Shown here: positions 54,126 through 64,000 of the stretch, piece after piece
How positions within the stretch are numbered: position 1 is the stretch's first letter
Layout of the letters: each line of letters begins with the position of its first letter
Assembly: GCA_964016885.1 (NCBI GenBank)
Contig: OZ024745.1
Span: forward strand, 17,546,001 to 17,610,000
Reading direction: 5' to 3'
From: Eledone cirrhosa
Lineage: Eukaryota
DNA: 64,000 bases
Notes under the pieces: generated by a model
Databases searched by the model: none
What the model saw: only the letters and a program-made list of their open reading frames with translations
Told to the model about the DNA's origin: nothing
Translations under genes and position numbers: made by a program

Positions 54126-55649
54126 TAGAAAATGCGTCTATATATACGTGAAGAAGAAGAAGAAGAAGAAGAAGAAGAAGAAGAAGAAGAAGAAGAAGAA
54201 AACAACAGCAACGACAAATAATGATGATGCTTTCAGGATGACGTTTTCTACGATTGGCAAGAAAGTCTTAGGAGAGCTGGGCAGCAGGCGCTCTTCGAAG
54301 AAGAAATCCCACTAAAGTGAATGTTTCAGCCCTTAAATGTAGTCTGTCAGTGATATAGAAATGTACAGTACATAAAAGATAGTCGAACCATTAAAAACTT
54401 ACTTAGAATTAATTGTGATCCTCCTTTGTCGGAAGCGTAGGATTTCGCAATTTGTAATTTACGTTTATATTAAAACTTTAATTAATTTTTATAATTATGA
54501 CGAGAAAATGTGTTATCGATAGTAATAAAATTTTAGCAGTATTTAACTTAAATTGAAAAATATTAATTGTCAATAGTGAGTTTTTAATCAGATAACTTTA
54601 TAATGTAAATTACATAATCACTTAGGAAATATTAATTTGCCAATTTTAATAATCGCAGTAATAATTTTATAAAGCCTACAGGAAATAAAAAATAACGTTA
54701 CACACAATATGAACCAGAGGAAGTGAGATGACAAATGATAGAATTAAGGAAATTGTTTAGAATAGAAAAAGCGTATATAGGTAAATCAGCATTAGCGCTG
54801 TGTTAACAAAATGTATGCGTATCAAGATGAGTATTGTGATGAAAAAATATGGTATTGGGAATACTGATTAGAGAGAGAACAATTCACATGGCAATATCGA
54901 CATCTGTAATGATTTGGTAGAGTATTCTTATAAGAATATTAATTGGGTTGACAATGTATATACACTTATCTACATAAGTGTATCACTCACAATACAAATA
55001 TTTGTTCATGGTGACAATATTTAGAAAGAAAGATAAAAGCAAAATCAATGAGAGAACGGGCCAGGCGTAAGAAAGGTCAGATCTGACTGTATGGGAAAGT
55101 AGAGGAAAGGAATATGAAAACCATAAATGAGAGGAAAAGGTGGGTAAAGGAAGGACTCTAGGGTCACAGAATAAAGGAAGGGGTATGATTACTTTAATCA
55201 AAAACCATTAAATCATCACATTATGAATAGTGAGATGAGAAATTGTGTTTTATGAAGAGGCAAACAATAGTTCCCGACAACATATTTTACTATATCAACA
55301 ATACTATGATAAATACATATATAGAGAGAGGAGCATAAACGTATATCAATGTGATAACAAAATATAAAAGTATATCAACATAAGTGATCGTAGACCAGAC
55401 ATATAAGTATATCACCATGATTACTCTGGTGGCAAAATATATCGTTATTAGCATCAGTTTTGCGATATAATCATGATTTATATGGTGTCAATATCTAACC
55501 ATATTATATAAGCCGATAAAGCTGCAAGTCTAGAGCAAGATTATGGTAAGGGGAATTAATATTTTAATATTCAAACATGACGTATTTTCCATAAAATAGT
55601 TCAATGATTGATATTATTTTTTATAGCTCTACTTCTTATATATATAAAA

Positions 55650-55689
<40 letters not shown>

Positions 55690-56802
55690 TGAATCTTTTC
55701 TATATAAAGTCTTCTTAATGCATCTGATGTATTATTGTAACTTGTGTATTCCGAATATTTAACAATGATAAATATCTAATAGAAAGCCGAGTGTAGGTCA
55801 ACGCAGTTAAATGTTAGGTTTTACATAAAACCTTTTGTTAAAATTAAAAGTAAAAAGTAAAAAAAAAATTTCATAAATATATTTTGATAGCGATATGAAT
55901 AGAATGTTTGAAGAAGAGAACAGGCAATACAATATTCGTAAAGCCATCAGAGATAAAGGGAATTTTGGGTGAGTAATAGGTCGTAAAATTATTTTTCGCG
56001 CTAGCTATACACCTGGTGATTGCAAGGAAACAAACGTGAATATAAAGTAGATAATTTGAAGCAACAGCTATTTTCAGCTCAAATAACAAGTTGAAAATAT
56101 TGTCAAAAGCAATATAGCATATATTCCTGTGGGTTAATGCTATCTGATCTGATTAGTTTTCCATACGGATGCGTTTAAATTGAATATTACTGTTGATGTG
56201 GTAAGGGTGACCAAGTAAGACGGTACGATATGAGAACCTATCTGCTTTGAGTATAGGGGAATATTAAGGAAAGATAAATATATATTTCTAAATGAGTTCG
56301 TAGGTCTAACTAGCCAATGATACAAGAAAAAACATGATTATATATCAATATCGGATATAGTATTCTTTTCGAACATTAGGCGTATAAGCGAGGTAAATCA
56401 CTAAATGGAAAGACATAAAAATGTGCTTTAATGAAAGGAGGTAATTATAATACCTCACTTAAATAAATGTATTGCGTATGTCCGTTTAAGGAAAAACGTG
56501 ATAAAGGTAACATGTTTTATAGTTACTAAGGTAGGATATAGTGAATACAATATAATGACTGGAACAGAACTCTCGAGTTCAGAAAATATATTAGCTCACC
56601 AAAGCTAATATCACTTTACAAAGCATGGGTGAGATCTGTGAATAACTAATCTCCTACGACTGACACGGTGCTTATCAACTCATGCTGTTAGTTGATATCA
56701 CGGAAAAAGATAAATTGACTGTTTACCATGAAATCATTCGCCAGCATACTCCAGCCTCTTGCACATATACACCTACCCCTCACTTAGCTGCAGCTAACTC
56801 AC

Positions 56803-56912
56803 ATCCTACTCCCCATATCCTACTCTCCATATCCTACTCCCCATATCTTACTCCCCATATCCTACTCCCCATACCCTACTCCCCACATCTTACTCCCCAT
56901 ATCCTACTCCAC
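56803..56912. repeat. 14 bp minisatellite (CCTACTCCCCATAT)n, about 8 units
   Basis: Directly visible. Confidence 0.9.
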
Positions 56913-57763
56913 CATCAATCAGAGGATTCCGATTCTCAAACGTTTCGTTAGCCAACTAAAATGTGTAACATCCCAGGCATCCCTCAGCATAACGATGAAC
57001 CTCCAAATATTCTCTTGCAGCACTTCTATATTAACAGTACCCAGATTATACACACTAGCCGTAGATTGTCGGCAACTGTTATCAGTATAGATGTTTTCTT
57101 CAGAAATAAAAACAAAACAATGAAAAAGTGAAGAGTTAAAAATGTAACATATTGATGGAAATTATTTGATCCACCAGAGGTATTTAAAGAAAATAATTTC
57201 CAATTACTGTAAATATTAGATAAATTAGCAGGACTTAGATCAAGGGCACTGCCATGAATGCATATACCAATAAACTAGTAATATATAAGTAAGAATATAG
57301 TGTCTCGGCATGATGAGAACTTAATTTGAATTTATAAAGAATTTAACCATAATCTCTAAAAATGTGTTTAGTTTAATATACATTGTAAAAGAGAACCGCC
57401 TTATTGGTAGAGTCTCTAGGGGTACCAGACACATTAATTCACAATACACATTTCATTCTTCTGTCCTCCTAGTTCACTACATGCTAAAGAAAACTTTTCC
57501 TTTCCTAATTTTTCAGTCGATAAATCAAGTTTTAACACTGTAGGTCACTGTTTTCTTTTGCAGGTTTTCTCTGTGTAAGATTCAATTATGTTACAAACTG
57601 GCGTACAGTGTAAACAGGCTCTTGAATCTCAATCGCTTAACACAAAGACCCGATATATGTTAGCGTCTGCGAGCCTCTGGATGTTCAACAAACGTTAACC
57701 ACGCCATTGTTTCAGTCTTTGTAATCAATAATCTAAGGTAATACAGATTTGTGTGAGTGCTTG

Positions 57764-58179
57764 TACGAGGTTTGAGTGAAAAGTTCAAAGACTGAAAATT
57801 TCATAGGCTGGACACAATACTCTCATGGAATGGCTGAATGATGTTTACTTTTCAACATAGGCCCTCTAAATAAACAATGCAATTATTAATAAGATTAGGG
57901 CGGTGGATTGGCAGTATCGGTACAGGGTCGGACGCCATGCTTTCAAGCATAGTTACGTACCTTTACGATCTGAGTTCAAATCCCGCTGAGGTTGACTTTG
58001 CCTTTCATCCTTACGGGGTCGATAAAATAAAGTACCAGCAACGCACTGGTTAATTGCTGGCCTTGTGCCTAAAGTAGAAACAATTAATAAGAAGAATTGA
58101 AAATAATGTATGTAACATTTCACAGATCCGGCATCAATCCATCATAGTCAGACGATGAACTTTGCAGCCTACATTCGCA
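57764..58179. mobile_element. Mariner-type MITE interrupted by a full SINE (57897-58084, TSD ATTAATAAGA)
   Basis: TACGAGG...GAAAAGTTCA left TIR and degenerate right TIR; TSD at 57885-57894 / 58083-58092. Confidence 0.8.
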
Positions 58180-59284
58180 TGACAGTATATATTCTATTCA
58201 TACAGAAAGAAACATAACAACAGGGGTTTACTATCCAGAATCCTGATTAAATCTATATCGCTGTAGCTGCATGTTTCCTTTAACGTCATGAATGTTAGAT
58301 CACCAATTTTACCACCAAGCTTTCTGAAGTGCAGCAACGAAACCAAACTTGCTTCAATTGAAACCAAAGAAACATTAAAAACATTGTTCACACTTAATAA
58401 GTGAAGCAATCCCGGTTGATAATCACCAATCAATAATAACTTCGCAACGTTTTCCCTAGACAATATAATATATAAATCTTTCTTTAGCATAATGTTCATA
58501 CCATAAATCTTTGAAACAACACATAATGCTTTAGAATAATTTCTCTTAATCTTATTAAATGATTGCAGCTATAATGTAATATTTTTTGTACTTTTATATT
58601 TACGACTGGCGATATAAAATGGAAGAAAATATTACTCACTGATTATATCATTAAAAACCATTTGTAATATTTTTGTTGCTATTACTATTACTCACATTCT
58701 ACATATATATTAGCGAGAATACTATTAAGATAATCATCATGTCAGTAAAATGGGCACCGTAATTAAATATCTGAGAGAATTGTAGATTTAAAGATAGCTT
58801 CCACACACGATGGTTAACGTTCTTGTAGCAACCATCACCATAATCACCTCTGAAAATTATAGTCACATTAGATTTTGTCGCACATTTTCGGTGGTAAAAC
58901 TCGTAACTTTCAATCGTGGATTTCAACCGGCAGAAGGTTCTTGCACATTTCCTAACACACGTTGAAGATAATACAGATAACGTATGATGTCTGAATGTTC
59001 AATGTGCTTCCAAAGTAGAAGAAAGATTATTATTAATATATTAACTACTCACTATTTCTTAAAAAGTTAATATTCGTGTTGCATTATACTTAACCCTATC
59101 CTTATTTATTTTATAATCTCACCTCTCGAATACGCTAACAAAAACATTTAATATATGTTTATCTAGTTTATTCAAATGACTTGTTTCATTTAAACGTCTG
59201 ATAAAGTAATTATATGAGCTTGCATTTGTCAGATTTCATAGAAATTCAGTATAAATTCAACTGACACTGTTCTTCAAGTGATCG

Positions 59285-59468
59285 ACGAGGGTAGGCTGAA
59301 ATGTTCATAGGTTAACTATGATGGAGTGATTCTAGTGCTTTGAAATTTTGCGTGAATTAATTTCAACTCTTCTTATTTGATAACTACATTGTTTCATTCC
59401 AGAGAAAATATCGAAAAATAAACCTCATTTCTTCATTCAGCCTATGAACGTTTCAGTTGACCCTTCTA
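59285..59468. mobile_element. Mariner-type MITE
   Basis: ACGAGGGTAGGCTGAAATGTTCATAGG / CCTATGAACGTTTCAGTTGACCCTTC. Confidence 0.75.
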
Positions 59469-60329
59469 TAGACTTAAGCTGTTTATTTCAAGACTAGCAT
59501 AGTATCCGCCAAAATGACTTCCTTTATAGTAGACATCTGGATTTAATTAAAGAATTCCTTGATTACCACATTTTATCTAAAGATGCTTGAATTCGTAATT
59601 ATCCTTTACATTTAAACTTTCGCCACTCCGGCCATCACTTCAACGCATATTTTATTAATTCAAATCAATAAAAATACATTTCGTCCATATTTTCTTTAGT
59701 TGTTATCAAATATATAGGCAGTAAATTACGATGACTTTGTCATGTGTATCCCTCTATCTACCTATCTATCTACCAACTATCATTGCTAATTAGTGTTTAT
59801 TTTTGTTAGGGATTTTTGTAAAAAAACAAAGAATCATGTTAGTGAAAATACATAAATAGTAAAACTATAGATTGTCAGTGAAGCAGGTACACAGAAGGAT
59901 TGAGATGTAGGAAGATATAGATAGTGAGTTAGGTAAGTAGATTGGGATACAGATATTTAGATAGATATAGAGAAACGTAATAAGGTACGTGGGCAGATAG
60001 GTATGTATGTAGGTAGGTACATAGTAAGGTATACAGATAATAGCTGCTAGAGATAATAATACATTTGGCGATATTATATAGAAACTACTCAATATGATAG
60101 CTACAGCTTGATAATGCCTGTCCTTCCTATTTGGTGCCTGTTGCGGTTCGGTTACGTATGGCGAGTGTATGAAGACGGGTTGTCTGTCTTTGATTTGTAG
60201 AATTTGGAGGGTGAGTGTAGCTTGGTTTGGCAGGAGTCGTGAGTACAGGTTGGCATTTCGTTTAGGGTGTTTGCTGAGTGATGTTTGTGGACTGATTGGA
60301 ACGATAACGGCCTTATTAACACACATACA

Positions 60330-60535
<206 letters not shown>

Positions 60536-61250
60536 CATAAAATACAGTATATAGAGAAGAAAACCCCAAAAGGTACGTTTTCAATTACAGGGAGTAGAGG
60601 ACCACCAGAGTAAAAAGCATAATGTCTGAGCAAGGAGAGGAAAATACATATTAATTAAAAGAATAAAACAAAATACACAGACCAACCTTATATAACTATA
60701 ACGCCTGGACAGACTATAATAAGAGAATGTTTCACCATAAAAGTGTAGATACCATACCGCTTAGGGTTTCTGAACAGGTGTAAAGAGAGTCCACACTTCT
60801 AAAATACTTCAGGCAACTAAAATAACTTACATGGTAAAAAGATACTAAAATACGCGCGGTAAACAGTTCATAGTGGCTCGAATGGATCAAATAACCACTA
60901 GAAATAGCAGTCCATGACCATTCAACTTTAGAAGCTCAACTAACATAATGAAATGAATTAGGAGCCAGAATATTAAATTAAAAAACAGAGTTAAAAACTC
61001 GCGTTAATCCCCTGTAATTTAATGAGCTCAAAGTATAGATACCGGGCTCTTCATAATATAATAGACACAGAAGAAAACACAAAGGGGGTATGTTTTCAAT
61101 TACAGAGGGTAAAGAACTACTTGAGTGAAAAACATTAGGTCTAAGAAAGGAGTCAAAAATATATATTGATTAAAATAATAAATCAAAATGCACAGACCAA
61201 CGTTTTAAATACCATTTTTTTTATTTGATATATATATATATATATATACA

Positions 61251-64000
61251 TATTTCGTTTCTGAATTTGTTTAGCAAGATTCTTTATCTGAAATCGTGTG
61301 TTGAAACCGATATGGTTGTACTTTGGGAGGGTCATGTTGCCAATAAGAAACACACGCACCAGTTGCTTCACTTCAATTTATTATAATAAATTTATAAATT
61401 TAGGAATTTATAAATTTCCGGTTGGTTGGTTGGTTGTTACCATAATCAGATGGTTGTTTATATATTGTCAAAGTTCTTTCGTCACACATTCTGTGACCTC
61501 TTCAGTGACTGGGAATTCTTTTCTTTGTTTTTGTGCCTCTCATTTGTTCTGTCCTATGCCATTTTGTTTCTGTGTGTGTGTTGTGTGCTCACTCTGCGCA
61601 TGCGCCACATCCGGGTGTCTGTGTGTGTTTATATTCGTTTATTTATTTGTTTATTTACATGTTACAGGTTGGTTGTTTGTTCTATGTGCGTGTGTGTTTT
61701 AATTTTGTCCTTAATTGTAAGTTGTGATGTTGCTGTTCCACTCATATTTTCTATTTAATTTTGGTTGTAATTCTTTTATGTTTATTGCCTGTAAACATTG
61801 CGTCTTTTCTGTGTGTAGATTCTATTTTTATTTCTATGTTCTCTAATTTACCCTTATGTTCTATTTTAGCATGTTGGTAGGGTACGGATGATTCTTTACT
61901 ATCTTGAAGGTCGCGCCAGTGTTCATTTATCCGTTCCCCTATACTACGAGCTGTCTCATCTATGTACACTATATTTATGTCTCTACAGTGTCCTTCAGTA
62001 CAGCTTATGCTATTTACTACATTTCTAATTTTACAGTTAATATGGGGCTTAATTTACAGGTTATACATTTCTTATCTATACAGGGGGGTCTTTGAAAGGG
62101 GTATGTCTTGCTAATAAGTGTTTTTACGGAGGTACCTGGTCTTTCTACTATCTTAATATTGAGTTTATGTTTGTCTAGGGCCCTTCTAAATTTGTAAGCT
62201 AATTCACCTCTAGGGGTTGTATCGATGAACATTACACTCTGGTATTTATTGCTATCATACCATGAGTTTATTCTATTAGCCTTATTCCTAGTTCTTTCTA
62301 TTCTATTCCAAAATTTGAACCTATACAAGGGGCAGGTCCCATTTGTGTCATTATTTACCATTTTTTCCCATTTGGTTCTGGCTCCTCTATACACTGTGAT
62401 TTTATCTCTCTGATTGTAACCAGAGAACTGCATACGGTGGATGAAGTGTTGTATGTGTCTCTCTAGTTCTTCGGGGTTGCACATGCGGGACACGTTTCTC
62501 ATCACCCGTACCAAATCCGCAATCAGTATGTTGATTTTGGTATGGTCCGAAACAGCTGAGTTTCGGTGGATCAGATATTTGGAAGTCATGGGTTTGGCAT
62601 AATGGGAATGAAGGATTTGTTTTTTGTTATTAATGGTATCTAACCAGAGCACTGTGTCTAATACAGGTAATCGATGGTTGGGGTGTTTACTTGGGTAGTC
62701 TATAGTAACTCTAATACTCTGGTGGATGGAGTTAGTAATTTGCTGGATGCTTTCCATTGTGTTTTTCTTTAATTCCTGACTGTTCTCTAGTAGGGGTGTT
62801 TTAACTACGATGTTTATATCATCAACGTAGCGGGAGTACATAATCAGGGTTAAGGGGTCTTCTAATTGTTCTTTAAGTTTAAGTTTAAGTCTACTGTCCC
62901 ACCATACCATGAATAAGTTAGCTATGTCGCCTGCAATGCTAACACCAAATGGCTGCTCCTTCCTCTTGGGCATATGTTTTTCCATTAAATTTGAACATAT
63001 GTTCCTTAAGGGTTAATTTTATGCTGGCCTCCACCGCATGTGCAATCATTTTCTTCAGTTCATCGTGGTTTTCAGGTGTCCGTATGGCTCTCGTCCACCC
63101 GTTCCATCTATCTGTGTGGGTTTTCTTGGCCATTGAGGTAATGGTAGGTGGTCTGCCTCTTGCTGGTCTTGTAGGGTACAAGTTGCTAAGGTCATATGTG
63201 TCTAGCTAATTATTACTATAGGTAAGTTTAAGTAGGAGTCCCAGCTCACCGGTGTCAATCCCACAGAACTCAACATTGCTCTCACTGATCATTTCTACGC
63301 ATTTCTCCACAGTAAAATCCACATCAATAGATGGATACAGGGACACAACATCCATACTACCTATTATGCAGTTTGTTAGGTCCCTAGATCGGTTACTCTC
63401 GCCGATTCTGCTGAGGAGGTCCTCCGTGCTGTCACATACATCTGTGAACATTTCATTGATGGGGCGTATGATCAGGGAACGGAATTAGGACAGTCTGTAG
63501 TTACTAGCAATGTTAGCTCCACAGACTGGCCGTGTTGGTGGTCCCGTGACAGGGTCACCGCCCGTTTTATGGTCTTTTCGAAGCCCATACAACGCCGGCA
63601 CGTCCTTGTTCCAGGCCTGGAAGTTGTTGGCAGTCCTTTTGTTGGGCTGCATTATATTCGTCCACATCACCATATGGGCATTGAGGGCTTTTTCTCTATC
63701 CTCATGCTCCTGTGGTGTTACTTCTCCTGTGTTGGTGATGTGGGGTTGCCTGGATGTAGTTTGGCAGGCTGGCAACCGACATTCTGCCAGACTTGTCTGT
63801 TGGAAAGCATGCTATCTCTCCATTACGCGAGCTCTGCATGAGCTTACGCAAGCCATTTGCAGACTTTTCTCTCAATTGCGGGGTCTCCATTCTATTATGC
63901 TTCTTGCTATACTCTTCTATAATATTTCTAAGTTCGGATCTAGCTATACTAAATTGTGCTTCTGTTTGTTCATCGACCTCCGACGGCAATTGCGTGCGTT
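61251..64000 (-). mobile_element. Penelope-like retroelement (Neptune-type linker), disrupted RT + GIY-YIG ORF with 3' pLTR; continues past the window end
   Basis: PTDKSG, GSMDVVSLYPSI, FNGKTYAQEEGAAI/GVSIAGDIANLFM, YSRYVDDI, LPVLD, CIDKKCITC, YIDETARSIGERINEH; several stops and frameshifts. Confidence 0.93.
61467..61509 (-). ncRNA. Minimal type I hammerhead in PLE pLTR
   Basis: GTCA-CTGAAGA-G-GTCACA(GAATG)TGTGAC-GAAAG-AA-CTT-TGAC, about 240 nt downstream of the GIY-YIG frame. Confidence 0.75.

Noticed and set aside
57897-58084. tRNA genes at SINE heads
   Set aside because: A/B boxes are present, but the heads are fused to a common SINE body and tail with TSDs, and no cloverleaf is evident.
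59865-60326. 153 aa minus-strand ORF as a gene
   Set aside because: It starts beside a microsatellite and ends in degenerate tetranucleotide repeats, with no recognisable domain. Probably a retroelement 3' remnant, which I could not assign.

Overview
AT-rich eukaryotic (animal) genomic DNA, probably a coleoid cephalopod judging by the SINE family (inference). One intact host gene is supported: a four-coding-exon, + strand gene (35368-46401, about 268 aa) with an N-terminal hydrophobic anchor and a short-chain-collagen-C4-like cysteine-rich C-terminal domain. The rest is mobile and repetitive DNA: a 7.1 kb minisatellite, many microsatellites, about 11 copies of a tRNA-derived SINE, RTE and CRE-like LINE fragments, mariner/hAT-type MITEs and two decayed Penelope-like elements (PLEs). 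The most striking signal is a dense set of about 13 type I hammerhead ribozyme (HHR) motifs read by eye, in several sequence families. They sit in PLE 3' ends, in non-coding, circularly permuted retrozyme-like units of about 400-440 nt, and in asymmetric inverted-repeat insertions (0.1-3.9 kb) in (TA)n tracts. The 7 kb minisatellite is a reiteration of the terminal ~27 nt of one HHR-bearing element. All coordinates and base pairings were read manually and may be off by a few bases.
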